NCBI GenBank assembly: GCA_030390025.1
Contig: CM059432.1
Coordinates: forward strand, 7,874,001-7,938,000
Origin: Squalus acanthias
Lineage: Eukaryota
DNA length: 64,000 bases
Direction: 5' to 3'
The translations under genes were made by a program, and so were the position numbers. Every line of letters begins with the position of its first letter. The stretch's first letter is position 1. The notes under the pieces are model-generated. The model did not search any database, had not been told where the DNA came from, and saw only the letters and a list, made by a program, of their open reading frames with translations. Shown piece after piece: positions 21,980 to 34,979 of the stretch.

Positions 21980-22440
21980 GTGGCTCAGTGGGTGGCACCC
22001 TCGCTCTCTGCTGTCAGAAGGTTGTGAGTTCGAAGTCCCACTCCAGAGACTTGAGCACAAAAATCTAGGCCGACACTCCCAGTGCAGTGCTGAGGGAGTG
22101 CCGCACTGTCGGAGGTGCCATCTTTCGGATGAGACGTTAAACCGAGGCCTCGTCTGCCCTCTCAGGTGGACGTAATAGATCCCACGGCACTATTTCGAAG
22201 AAGAGCAGGGGAGTTATATCCTGGTGTCCTGGCCAATATTTATCCCTCAATCAACATCAGTAAAACAGATTATCTGGTCATTATCACATTGCTGTTTGTG
22301 GGAGCTTGCTGTGTGCAAATTGGCTGCTGCGTTTCCTACATTACAACAGCGACTGCACTTCAAAAAGTACTTCATTGGCTGTAAAGTGCTCTGGGATGTC
22401 TTGAGGTCGTGAAAGGCGCTATAGAATGCAAGTCCTTCTT
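21980..22440 (+). mobile_element. SINE, near full length
   Basis: A/B-box head, body and tail. Confidence 0.9.
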
Positions 22441-23137
22441 TATATGCAAGGCAAATCGCAAAAACAAGACAGGCCATCACATTTGCATCTGAGGCTGGGG
22501 TACCAGTACAAATCACAGGGCAGCAATTCCAACATGAATAATAGAACATTTTAAAATGTCTGAAGCCTATTCAGACGGATAATGTTATAACAATTGGAGA
22601 AATGTCATCGATACACTAATGGATACAATGAACGCTGCCACAGCTCTGAAGCTGAAACGGAGAAGATGGATGAAAGTACAAGTGTATAGGTCTCAGTCCT
22701 CCAAAGCAACATTAAAAACACTGTAAGACTGACTGTAAACACACCAGTACATGCTTGACCTAAAGTCTGGCATTACTTTGGCCAATCGCCAGTCATTTTT
22801 GTTCAGTAAAGATATTCAGATTATTAAAATAATTGGAAAACTGATCATTCCTTGTTCAAGATTGATATGAGGATGCCAATTATAGATTTATTTTTTATTC
22901 GTTCCTGGGATGTGGGCGTCACTGGCAAGGCCAGCCTTTATTGCCCAACCCTAATTGCCCTTGAGAAGGTGGTGGTGAGCCGCCTTCTTGAACCGCTGCA
23001 GTCCGTGTGGTATTATCACGCGATAACTCCGCATACACAAACAACCAGTGTCTCAGAAACATGGATGGGATATGGCAGCAGAATCAAAAACACGAAAATC
23101 TCAGAGGGGGAGGAGGCATAAATGGGGTACATTCGGA

Positions 23138-23713
23138 ACATTACCTCCAGACTCGACTCTTCCAATGCTCTCCTGGCTGGCCTCCCACCTACCACCCTCC
23201 GTCAACTTGAGCTTATCCAAAGCTCTACTGCCCGTCTCCTAACACGCACCAAGTCCCGTTCAACCATTACCCCTGTGCTCGCTGACCTACATTGGCTCCC
23301 GGTCCGACAACGTCTCAATTTTAAAATTCTCATCCTTGTGTTCAAATTTCTCCATGGCCCTCGCCCCTTCCTATCTCTGTAACCTCCTCCAGCCCTACAA
23401 TATTCCAAGATCTCTGCGTTCCTCTACTTCTGGCCTCTTGCGCAGTGCCGATTTTCATCGCTCCACCACTGGCGGCTGTGCCTTTAGCTCCCTAGGCCCT
23501 AAGCTCTGGAATTCCCTCCCTAAATCTCTCCGCCTCTCTCTCCTTCTTTAAATCGCTCCTTAAAACCTACCTCTTTGACCAAGCTTTTGGTCACCTGTCC
23601 CAATATCTCCTTCTGTGGCTCGGTGTCAAATTTTGTCCGATGACGCTCCCCTGAAGCGCCTTGGGACGTTTTACGATGTAAAAGGCACCATATAAATACC
23701 AGCTGTTGTTGTT
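23138..23713 (+). mobile_element. L2 3' fragment
   Basis: ITSRLDSSNALLAGLP...ITPVLADLHWLPVRQRLNFKILILVFK (L2 ORF2). Confidence 0.9.
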
Positions 23714-23861
23714 GAAGGGATAGGGACAACCAGAGATGTGGATTGGAAGAACTTACAAGCGTGAGGGGAAGCAGAATCAGAGATGCAATCTCAGAGACAG
23801 AGTGGAGCTATCAGGACTGGTACAAGAGTGACAGGCTGCATTTAACCAAACTGAACCAAGG

Positions 23862-24326
23862 TGTCAGCCTTTGCTCAGTGGGTAGCACTCTTACCTCTCT
23901 GTCAGAAGGTTATGGGTTCAAATCCCACTCCAGGGACTTGAGCACCAAATCCAGGCTGACACTCCAATACCAATACTGAGGGAGTGCTGCCCTGTCGGAT
24001 GGTGCCGGTCTGTTGGATGAGACGTTAAACTGAGGCCCCGTCTGCTCTCTCAGGTGGATGTGAAAGATCCCATGGCACCATTTCGCAGAAGAAACAGAGG
24101 GGTTTCTCCCCAGTGTCCTGGCCAATATTTATCCCTCAATCCAACATCACTACTACAACAGATTATCCAGTCGTTATTACATTGCTGTTTGTGGGGTCTT
24201 GCTGTGCACAAATTAGCTGACATGTTTCCCACATTACAACAGTGACTACACTTCAAAAAAGTACTTCATTGGCTGTAAAGCGCTTTGGGATGTCCCAAGG
24301 GCGATATAAATGCATTTCTTTCTTTC
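23862..24326 (+). mobile_element. SINE, near full length
   Basis: A/B-box head, body and tail. Confidence 0.9.
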
Positions 24327-24504
24327 AAGGACTTGAAAGGGACATGGGGGCAGCAATGGAATTTCATTTCATCTAGACAGCTGGGGGGGGGTTGGGCTTC
24401 TGATATTCAAAAAGGTGTACGAAACAGACACTGGCAACTACAAACCCATTGGCTCATACTTCCATTCCATGTAAAATAATGGAATTGATTATCAGGAGCG
24501 AATC

Positions 24505-26010
24505 TGAGCAAAGCAAGCACTGGGGTTCATTTCTAGAGGAATAGAATTGAAAAGGAGAGAATTTATGTCAAACTTCTGTAGACCTTTGGTTAGACCACAC
24601 TTGCAGCACTGTGAACAGTGCTGGTCTCCATATTATAAAAAGGATATAGAGGCAATGGACAAGGTGCAAAAAAGATTTACTAGAATGATACCAGAACTGA
24701 AATCATGGGGGTGATTTTCTCAATGGGGAGCTTTTGGAGGCGGGACTCCCACTTGCCGGGCTTCAGTCCCGCCTCTATCAGCCTCTGGGCAACCAGTGGG
24801 ATTTTCCCCTGATTGACCTTGTTAAGCCCGCCCGGCGGGCTCAGCAGGCCAATTAGGGGGAAGTCAGTGACAGAGCACGTCAATGTATGACGTGTCATCT
24901 GTCAAGAATTTTTGAAAGAAGAAATGTCATAATTTGACAGCTCTGCGAAGCTGTCAAACACTGACATTCTGTGTAGTTTGATGAGGTCTTGTATACAAGA
25001 CCTCATCAAACTTCTTTCTTTTACAGAAATGAGATGTTTGTTGCATATGAGAATGCAACGGACATCTCTCATCTGCAACATGGAGGGTGCAAGACTCTCC
25101 GCATAGAAACCGACTGAAGCCTGCAGGAAGAAACAAAGGTAAGTACACTTTTAGAAACACTTTGCACTTACCTCAGATACTCACCTCTCCACTCTTGCAC
25201 CCATCACTTACCTTCACAGCACACTTTTGCACCCCCCCAACCTCCGCAGACCCAGTACTCGCCTCGGTGGCCCTGGCGGGTTTCGGAGCCTTCGGGAAGC
25301 CCGCACTTGTGAGGACAAAAATGGGATAATCCTATTTTCTGCCTGTTAACTACCTGTTAGCAGGCAGTTAATCGGCTTTAATCCCTTCCTGCCTCCAAGG
25401 AGATGGGACAAGGCGCGGGACGGCAACCCGCCTCCTGGGAAGATGGCACGGAGACGGGTTGGGGGCGGGTTGGGCACCCACCCCCAAATTCTGCCATTTT
25501 CCCGGCAGTCCCGCCTCCATACCCGCCTCTTTGGAGCTGAGAAAATTGCCCCCGTTAACTCTATGAGGAAAGATTGAACAGGCTGGGGCTTTTTTCTCTA
25601 GAAAAGTGAAGACTCAGGGGTGACCTGATAGAGGTCTTTAAGATTATGAAAGGGTTTGAAGGGTAGACGTAGAGAAGCTGTTTCCACTTGTGGGCGAGAC
25701 CAGAACTAGGGGCCATATATATAAGATAGTCACTAATAAATCCAATCGGGAATTCAGGAGAAACTTCTTTACCCAGAGAGTGGTGGGAATGTGGAACTCA
25801 CTACCACAGGGAGTGGTTGAGGCGAATAGTATAGATGCATTTAAGGGGAAGCTGGATAAACACATGAGGGAGAAAGGAGTCGAAGGATATGTTGATGGGG
25901 TGAGATGAAGAAGGGTGGGAGGAGGCTCCTGTGGAGCATGAACACCGGCATAGACCAGTTGGGCTGAATGGCCTGTTTCTGTGCTGTAAATACTTTGTTA
26001 TACTTTGTAA
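24505..26010 (+). mobile_element. CR1 3' fragment interrupted by a MITE
   Basis: LVRPHLQHC...FTRMIPEL before 24706; GETRTRGHIYKI...FFTQRVVGMWNSLP after 25554. Same subfamily as 5375-6675. Confidence 0.85.
24707..25553. mobile_element. PIF/Harbinger-type MITE (family of 5517-6360, inverted)
   Basis: TIRs GGGGGTGATTTTCTC / GAGAAAATTGCCCCC. Internal similarity to 5517-6360, e.g. TGATTGACCTTGTTAAGCCCGCCC vs GGGCGGGCTTAACAAGGTCAATCA. Confidence 0.8.
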
Positions 26011-26159
26011 TCTGTACATCAATAACCTAGTTAACAACAGTCAGCATGGATGCCTCACCTTCTTAAGGAAGTGACAAACAATTGTGTTGTAGGAAGCTCT
26101 ACGACGTGGTGTACCTCGACTATTAAAAAGGCTTTTGACAAGGTTCCATACAAAAGCCT

Positions 26160-27123
26160 TGACATGAATCTGTCATTCATGACTTATGAAATAATGGCCC
26201 AAAAATTAGTGAGTGAGCCTTCGTGCGAGGGTAAGGCCTTCCCGCGATCTCTCACTGCACGCTGGCTTTTTCAGTCCGAGCTCGCACGAACTTGATGTTC
26301 TGGACAGCTGCTGTGCTGGGCTTTCGTATCCCACAGGCGTAGTTAATTCATGCGAGCTGTGGGATCACGTGACTCAGTTAGAGCCAATGGCAGCACACCA
26401 TCTTTCATTCATAGCTTTCACAGCACGGCTGTGAAAGCTAGGAATACTATACCCCCCCAAAAGAACAGCTAAACCTCAATTAAATTTAAAAAAAAACATC
26501 ACATTAATAAAATAAGTATAGTTAAATAAATTAACCATTTTAAACAAAAAATTTAATTTTTGAAAAAATTTTAAATCTTTTAAAAAGTTATAAAAATAAA
26601 CTTACCTGTCTTTAAAGTCTCTAAAAAAGATATACCTGTTAAAAAAAATTCAAAATAATACTTAATTAAGTACTTACCTTGTTAAAAGAGGGTCTTACAC
26701 CTCCTTTCTTTATGTCTAAAATCTTCTATGCTTACCTGCGCGTCCAAAGCACTAAGTGCACTGCGTGCGCGCAGCCTGTAGCGCGCACGCGGTTCACCTA
26801 GGAACCGCCCCCTTTTGAATTCACCAAGTGCCGGTTTTCAGTGCATACGCAGTGCATGCAGAAAACCGGCAATTGGAGACAGAATACGCGAGAGTACACA
26901 GTGCGTACTCTCGCGTAGCGGCACTAATTTTTGGGCCAATACTGAGTGGCCTGCGGGTGGCGCTGTCCAGGGAGAGTATAAATACTCGGGCACGGGCCCA
27001 GCTTGCGCAGGACATTCTTAACAGGAACTAGTAAAGGACACAACTAGAACTCCATGTTGTAAAACAGTTGATTAAAGCTTTGTTTAACGCTTAGACCAAG
27101 TGCCTAGTAGTTTTCTTACGTCA
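26160..27123 (+). mobile_element. Short solo-LTR-like element, copy 2, inside an old CR1 and itself split by a MITE
   Basis: TGACAT...ACGTCA termini. 5-bp TSD AGCCT at 26155-26159 and 27124-27128, within a CR1 KAFDKVP...LL relic. Confidence 0.8.
26196..26937. mobile_element. PIF/Harbinger-type MITE (742 bp)
   Basis: Perfect 16-bp TIR GGCCCAAAAATTAGTG / CACTAATTTTTGGGCC; TSD AAT. The empty site is visible in copy 1 (GAAATAATACTGAG, ~18395-18408). Confidence 0.92.
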
Positions 27124-27271
27124 AGCCTATTAGTTGAACTCAAAGCTGTGGGAATTCAGAGGAGAAATCCTGGCAATGGATAAGAAACTGGTTGAAGGGT
27201 AGCAAACAACAGGCTGAAGGTTAGAGGAGTTATGTCAGATTGGGAGGGGGTGGAGGGGAAACATTAAATAG

Positions 27272-27733
27272 CAGACTTGCATTTCTATAGCGTCTTTCAT
27301 TACCACTGGACATCCCAAAGTGCTTTACAGCCAATGAAGTACTTTTGAAGTGTTGTAATGTGGGAAATGCGGCAGTCAATCTGTGCACAGCAAGCTCCCA
27401 CAAACAGCCACGTGATAATGACCAGATAATCTGTTTTTTTAGTGATGTTGATTGAGGGATAAATATTGGCCAGGACACCAGGGATAACTCCCCTGCTCTT
27501 CTTCGAAATAGTGGCCATGGGATTTTTGACGTCCACCTGAGAGAGCAGGCGGGGCCTCGGTTTAACGTCTCATCCGAAAGACGGCACCTCCGACAGTGCA
27601 GCGCTCCCTCAGTACTGGCACTGAGAGTGGAGTGTCAGCCTAGATTTTTGTGCTGCAAGTCTCTGGAGCGGGACTTGAACCCACAACCTTCTGACTCCGG
27701 AGGTGAGTGTGCTACACACTGAGCCACGGCTGA
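27272..27733 (-). mobile_element. SINE, full length
   Basis: Head at ~27733, tail at ~27272. Confidence 0.9.
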
Positions 27734-28371
27734 ATATCATTGCGCGAACAGATTCTAAACACCAAACAGTCACGCAGAAAAGGGGCAGGATGAAAACATT
27801 TACTTAAAATGGTGATGTTAAGCTGGTTCATCCTGAATCATGTGCTAATGGGTATAATGAATGATCCAGCAGACTCCACGCTGGCGTAGAAGACCTGGAA
27901 CTAATACAAACAGTCAGTCGAGCTCTCCCTTGTGCCCTTTTCCAGCACAACTACTGAATGATTCATTACAGACTTGTTAGCATGCCCTCCCTCCCACCCA
28001 AAAAAAAACCATACTATTCACATCTGCAGCTGAACGCACGGTATGAATAATTGAATATGTTTCTCCCCCCGGGGGTTACTTATACTCATGACAACACTTA
28101 CCAATTTTCTCTGAGTAAACCTACAAAAAAAAAGTGCATGGATGGGATGCAAAAGCTGTCGGGCTCTTCTGAGTAACGAAACCTACCATTCTGTTCACGT
28201 TGTCAAGCGTTTAAGGCTATGCCCACTATGGGTACATTCAAAAAAATCTGACAAGTCTCCCTTATTTTTAATGAGGCTATTTTTTTGGAGGAAAAAAAAT
28301 AATGGAACTTGTTTATCCTGCTGTTCAAAAACAAACGTACCAAGCTTCTTTGATTTCAGGCACCTCACAGT

Positions 28372-28536
28372 CAATGTTTCCTCTTATTTTTATTTGGGTG
28401 CGCGGTCCCTTTAAGTGGCTGCGTGGCCCATTCAAATTTTCGGGCGTGCGCGGTTTCTCCAGGTGTAAAAGCTGGTGAGCGGCCTGCGCGGGACCGCCAG
28501 ACCGCCAGATGGCCACACAGCTTAACGGGAACGTTG
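28372..28536. mobile_element. hAT (Tip100-like) MITE, 165 bp
   Basis: TIRs CAATGTTTCCTCTTA / TTAACGGGAACGTTG. 8-bp flanks CTCACAGT / CTTACACT match at 6/8. Confidence 0.65.
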
Positions 28537-28691
28537 CTTACACTTGTCCGCCTTGATTTTAAAATTTAACTTTAAAATTCTCATCCTTGTGTTCAAATCC
28601 CTCCACGGCCTCGCGCCCCTCCCTACCTCTGTAACCTCCTCCAGCCCTGCAACCCTCCAAGAACTCTGCGCTCCTCCAATTCTGGCCTCTT

Positions 28692-30660
28692 ACATAAGCA
28701 CATAAGAAATAGGAGCAAGAGTAGGCCATACGGCCCCTCGAGCCTGCTCCGTCATTCAATGCGATCATGGCTGATTATCCACATCAACTCCACTTTTCCT
28801 TGATTCCCTTAGAGTCCAAAAATCTATCTAGCTCAGTCTTGAATATATTCAATGACTCAGCATCCACAACCCTCTGGGGCAGAGAATTCCAAAGATTCTG
28901 AGTGAAGAACTTCCTCCTCAGCTCGGTCTTAAATGGCCTATCCCTTATCCTGAGACTATGCCCCCTAGTTTGAAGGGATTTTTATGAGTCCTAGCCCCTT
29001 TTAGGGCTACCCCAGATAAGGCGTATTCCTCAGACGTTCACTTTCAACTAAAGTTTGAGGTAGCCGAATCCTAAAGATGCTTAATTGGGTCTAAAGGTCC
29101 GGACTATCTCTCCCTAAAGGAAAGGAACAACCTGAAAATGTTACCGTCCTCCAGATAGCACTTTAAATAAGTTTAGCTAGACTGTAACGTTCTGGATATT
29201 ATGAGGGTCCGGAAAACTCCCCCAGAATTCTGCAACTCCTCACCAAAGAGTGTACAGAGATTGAGTTCACGAGTTTTTGATACAGAAGTCTTATGTGAGA
29301 CAATTCTAAAAATATATAGATTTATTAAAGAACCGACATGTATTTTACAGTTGGTGAGTCAATCGCAACATTAACAGTTCCAAAAAGAGAAAACATACGA
29401 TCTTTTTAACAGAGAATCTTACTTTCAAATCTTAACTTCGCTACAGTATTACAGTTCTTAAAGTTTTCTACAGGATGTCCACCAATATCAAATATCTTTG
29501 ATCCCCAAGGTACAAAGAGTGGTAGACTACAGAGCCGCCTCTGAAGCCGAGAATCGCTTTGCCCGATTAAAGCGAGTCTGTTATCCCATTTGAGTGTTCA
29601 ATATTTATACCCTTTTCCAGTGGTATTTCCTTTAAGGTTTTCTGCTGATGCAAGCTAATTATCTCTAGTCATCTTTCTGCCGACCTCTGCAATTCTTACT
29701 GCCACATCAGCTGGTAGCATTACAGAATCATGCCTCATCTCTAGGTGTTCTAAGTTTACCATATAAAAAAACGATGTGACGGCAGGTGTTCCTTACTTTA
29801 TGTCATCTTTACGAGGGCAGATGTTCCTTACCTTATGTGCTTCTTTACGAAGTTTAAATTAGAACACCTTATCCAGGGTGAACCATTGTTTTGTTCCCAA
29901 AAGTTCAGCTTGTCGGAGCCCTTCACCTTCTGTTTCAATAAGGTTATTTATTCAGGGTCAACAACTGTCTTATCTCAATAGCCAGAATGCTTTCATAGCT
30001 ATTTCATAGTTAGGTTTCTAAATTTCCAATCCCAGTTTGTCATGTTTTAATAAGGCCAGAATTCTTTCATAAGTTAATATTTTTCTGAATAGGTTATATG
30101 GCTTATTCCTTCACAAGTTCCAGACTCTCCAGCCAGGGGGAAACAGCCTCTCAGCATCTACCCTGTCAATCCCCTTCAGAATCTTGTATGTTTCAATGAG
30201 ATCCTCTCATTCTTCTAAACTCCAGAGAGTATAGGCCCATTCTACACAATCTCTCATCATAGTAGGACAGCCCTCTCATCCCAGGAATCAATCTAGTGAA
30301 CCTTCGTTGCACCGCCTCCAAGGCAAGTATATCCTTCCTTAGATAAGGAGACCAAAACTGTGCACAGTACTCCGGGTGTGGTCTCACCAAGGCCCTGTAC
30401 AATTGTAGCAAGACTTCTTGACTCTTGTACTCCAACCCCCTTGCAATAAAGGCCAACATGCCATTTGCCTTCCTTATTGCTTGCTGTACCTGCATGCTAG
30501 CTTTCTGTGTTTCTTGCACGAGGACACCCAAATCTCTCTGAACACCAACATTTAAAAGTTTCTCGCCATTTGAAAAATATTCTGTTTTTCTATTCTTCCT
30601 ACCAAAGTGAATAACCTCACATTTCCTTACATTATACTCCATCTGCCACCTTACTGCCCA
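28692..30660 (-). mobile_element. CR1 LINE (split by a solo LTR), inserted in an L2 (28552-28691 and 30737-31020)
   Basis: EWAVRWQMEYNVRKCEVIHFG...LVRPHPEYCAQFWSP. The L2 halves rejoin at ...CTGGCCTCTT|GCGCATCC. Confidence 0.88.
28971..30115 (-). mobile_element. Solo LTR (1145 bp)
   Basis: TGAAGGGA...TTCCTTCACA termini. 4-bp TSD AGTT at 28967-28970 and 30116-30119. Minus-strand TATAAA at 29604-29609 and AATAAA at 29321-29326. Confidence 0.85.
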
Positions 30661-31026
30661 CTCTCCTGACGGGAAATTCAGCTTTAGCGCTCCAAGAGGG
30701 AAGTGGGCGTTCAAATCAAGCGCTAACCACTTCTCCACTTGCGCATCCTCGATTTTAATTGCTCCACCATTGACGGCCGTGCCTTCTGCTGCCAAGGCCC
30801 TAAGCTCTGGAATTCCCTCCCTAAACATCTCTGCCTCTCTACCTCTCTTTCCTCCTTTAAGATGCTCCTTAGAACCTACCTCTTTGACCAAGCTTTTGGT
30901 CACCTGCCCTAATATTTCCTTATGTGGCTCGGTGTCAAATTTGTTGATAATCGCTCCTGCGAAGCGCCCTGGGATGTTTTACTAGGTTAAAGGCGCTATA
31001 TAAATGCTAGTGGTTGTTATTATTTT

Positions 31027-31538
31027 AAAGAACATAAGAAATAGGAGCAGGAATCGGCCACTTGGCCCCTCGAGCCTGCTCCGCCATTCAATAAGATCAT
31101 GGCTGATCTTGGGCTCAAAGCCACTTCCCTGCCCGCTCCCCATAACCCTTCACTCTCTTATCTTGCAAAAATCTGTCTATCTCCACCTTAAATGTATTTA
31201 ATGACCCAGCCTCCACGGCTCTCTGGGGCAGAGAATTCCACAGATTTACGACCCTCTGAGAGAAGAAATTCCTCCTCATCTCAGTTCTAAAAGGGCGACC
31301 CTTTATTCTGAGACTATGCCCCCGAGTTCTAGATTTCCCCACGAGGGGAAACATCCTCTCTGCATCTACCCTGTCGAGCTCCCTCAGTATCTTATATGTT
31401 TCAATAAGATCACCTCTCATTCTTCTAAACTCCAATGAGTTTAGGCCCAACCTGCTCAACCTTTCTTCATAAGTCAACCCCCTCATCTCAGGAATTAACC
31501 GTGTGAATCGTCTCTGAACTGCCTCCAATGCAAGTATA
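31027..31538 (-). mobile_element. CR1 3' fragment
   Basis: ORF 31115-31528. Confidence 0.9.
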
Positions 31539-31596
31539 AGAGGGCAAAAAAAAACTGCCTTCCATATGGCCTGACCTTCCTAGATATGAAGAACAA

Positions 31597-32355
31597 GGGG
31601 GAGAAATTTGGTTGGTTAGCGCCTCCCGTTAGTGCCTGGGGGCGGGTGCTAACGGGGGCGCTAAGGGGTTAGCGACCGGGCCTGGCAAATGCAGCGACGC
31701 CCACGAACTTCATTTCCGGTTTTCCTCTTACTGCCTGGGCCTCGAGCGCCTCGCAGATCGTGACATCATCAAGTGCGCAGCGCTCCGTTACCGCCCCGGT
31801 TGTGAAATTGGCTCCCCCCTGCTGTATCGCCGGGCGTGAACAAGGACAGGAAGAGGAGGCGTTGTCAACTCGGCTGGCCGCTTGGGGAGCGCTATTTTAA
31901 GGGAATGGTTTTCAGGTAGGCCAGCCTTTAATATTTCCACCAGTCCTGGTTCCTGCTGAAAGCTTTTGGTCGCTTCATTGCTGCAAGATGTCCAAGCCTT
32001 CCACTTTGTGAGAGTGTTTGGGGCTGTAACGGCAGTCACCCAGGTCGCCCTGCAACGCAGACCTGATGACAAGTAGGTTGTGCACCATCACTGGCCCTTC
32101 CCTTTAAGCGAGGGAAGCAACCTCTGATGCCGTCAGCGATGCGCTCCAAATTGTTCAGCGCTCTGCCGCTACCGCTCCGTTCTCGGACTTCAGCGCCCTA
32201 AGAGAAGTGGTTAGCGCTTGATTTTAGCGCTCCACTTCCCTCTTGGAGCGCTAAAGCTGAATTTCCCGTCAGGAGAGAATCATTGCGCCTGGCGCTACTT
32301 TTCCTACTTTTCAAAAGTTAGCGCCCCCAACCGGGGCGATACGGAATTTCTAGCC
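31597..32355. mobile_element. Harbinger-type MITE rich in AGCGC motifs
   Basis: TIR-like GGGGAGAAATTTG / CGGAATTTCTAGCC; CpG-rich body. Confidence 0.6.
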
Positions 32356-32407
32356 AGCGGCTTCTCCTTATAACCAGTGACAGTGGGGATGGTCAGTACA
32401 CATAGAT

Positions 32408-32890
32408 AACTCGCACCAAGTCCCGTTCGCCCATCTCCCCTGTGCTCGCTGACCTACACTGGCTCCCGGTTAAGCAACACCTCGATTTTAAAATTCTCAT
32501 CCTTGTTTTCAAATCCCTCCATGGCTTCGCCCCCTCCCTATCTCTGTAATCTCCTCCAGCCCCACAACCCCCCGAGATATCTGCATTTTTCTAATTCTGC
32601 CCTCTTGAGCATCCCTGATCATAATCGCTCAACCTTTGGTGGCCGTGCCTTCTGTTGCCTAGACCTTAAGCTCTGGAATTCCTGCCTATACCTCTCCGCC
32701 TCTCTACACCTCTCTCCTCCTTTAAGACACTCCTTAAAACCTACCTCTTTGACCAAGCTTTTGGTCACCTGCCCTAATTTATCCTTATGTGGATCAGTGT
32801 CAATTTTTTTTGTCTTATAATACTCCTGTGCAGCGCCTTGGGACGTTTTACTACGTTAAAGGCGCTATATAAATACAAGTTGTTGTTGTT
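32408..32890 (+). mobile_element. L2 3' fragment
   Basis: LADLHWLPVKQ region, 3' UTR and (TTG)n tail. Confidence 0.88.
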
Positions 32891-33629
32891 TTCGTGAAAG
32901 CAGCAGAAGTTTCAATTTTTAAAAAGAACTGTAGGGATGCGATTGAGGCAATTGCCTTCAAGCAGAGAGGCGGACCGTGAACCTGGTGTGAAAGGGACAC
33001 TCCAGATTTGACCATTGCACAGTTTGCAGGTTGAGACCCATTGACAGCGCCCTCTTCCGCCCTATCCTCCCTGCTCTCTCTCTCCAATCGGATCGTGCAA
33101 GTTTGAAAACCACAGTTACATGGTTGGATTTTCTGAAATCACACTGTTGCAGAAGATTATTTTTAAACACATGCAGGATCAGAGCAACAACAAAAAAAAA
33201 TGGCAATTAAAAAAAAATAGGGTCTGGGCTTCAAGCAGTTTGCAGAAAGTAGCTGAAGTTAGGAGTTTGTAACGTGTGTGTGGTGTGTGCGTGTGTGAGA
33301 GGACTCGGGTCTCGGCGGAACAGTGAACAATCCGAGAGAGAGAGAGAGAGAGACAGGGGGAGAGGGCTGGTGGATCAGAAACAGACAGCAAAGGGCTGGG
33401 CTGGGTTCTGTCCGGGGAGGAGTCCCACACTGTCCAGGGAGCCTTCTATAGATTAAAAAAGTTTGGCGACTTCACGGAAGCAAGTTAGAAAACTTAAGCC
33501 CCTGAAACTCCACCCCCGCGGCCCCTATTGGGCTTTCAGCGACTTGTGTGTTGGGGAGGGAGGCGAGGAGGCGGCTCTCAGGTGGAGATAAGACCCCGCT
33601 CTCACTTAACCAGCACATCCCAGTGCAGA

Positions 33630-34896
33630 TTACTCCCAGCACAGAGACACTGCTCCCAGCAGAGAAACACTATTCCCATCACGGAGACACCAGTCCCAGC
33701 ACAGACTCCCAGCACAGAGACACTGCTCCCAGCACGGAGACCCGATTCCTAGCAGAGACACTGCTTCCAGCACAGAGACACTATTCCCAGCGCAGAGAGA
33801 CACTGTTCCAGCAGAGAGACACTATTCCCAGCACAGAGAGACACTGTTCCAGCAGAGACACTGCTTCCAGCAGATACACTATTCCCAGCACAGAGAGACA
33901 CTGTTCCAGCAGAGAGACACTATTACCAGCACAGAGAGACACTGTTCCAGCACAGAGACACTATTAACATAGAAGATAGGAGCAGGAGTAGGCCATTCGG
34001 CCCCTCGAGCCTGTTCCACCATTCAATGAGATCATGGCTGATCATCCAAATTCAGTACCCTGTCCCTGCTTTCTCCCCATATCCTTTGATCCCTTTAGCC
34101 TTAAGAAATATATCTAACTCCTTCTTGAATATATTTAATGAATTGGCCTCAACTGCCTTCTGTGGTAGAGAATTCCACAGGTTCACCACTCTCTGGGTGA
34201 AGAAATTCCTCCTCATCTCAGTCCTAAATGGCTTACCCCTTATCCTTAGACTGTGATCCCTGGTTCTGGACTCCCCCACCATCGGGAACATTCCTAGCAC
34301 AGAGATACTATTCCCAGCAGAGACACTGCTCCCAGCAGAGAGACACTATTCCCAGCACAGAGAGACTTCTCCCAGCACAGAGACATGGCTCCCAGCACAT
34401 AGACACTATTCCCAGCACAGATACACTATTCCAGGTACAGAGAGACTGCTCCCAGCAGAGAGAGAACTACTCCCAGCAGAGATACACTATTCCCAGCACA
34501 GAGACACTGCTCCCAGCACAGAGACACTGCTCCCAGCACAGAGAGACACTACTCCCAGCAGAGAGACACTATTCCCAGCACAGAGACACTGCTCCCAGCA
34601 TAGAGAGATACTGCTCCCAGCACAGAGACACTGCTCCCAGCACAAAGACACTATTCCCAGCACAGATACACTATTCCCAGCACATAGACACTGCTCCCAG
34701 CACATACACTATTCCCAGCACAGAGACTGCTCCCAGCAGAGAGAGAACTACTCCCAGCAGAGAGACACTATTCCCAGCACAGAGACACTATTCCCAGCAC
34801 AGACACTGTTCCCAGCAGAGACATGCTATTCCCAGCAGATAATCATTATTCCCAGCACAGAGAATCATTATTCCCAGCACAGAGACACTATTCCCA
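33630..34896. repeat. ~18-22 bp minisatellite (CCCAGCACAGAGACACT-ATT/GCT)n interrupted by a CR1 3' fragment (~33966-34294, -)
   Basis: Tandem units are directly visible on both sides of the CR1. Confidence 0.9.
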
Positions 34897-34979
34897 CTTG
34901 TGGAGGGAGGGAGGGAGGGAGAGACGGGAAAAAACAACAACCCGACCGGTGTGATGGGCAGGAACTAGAGCTGATCATT

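Noticed and set aside
33548..34842. ORFs with repeated ETLLPAQRH motifs
   Set aside because: Translations of the minisatellite.
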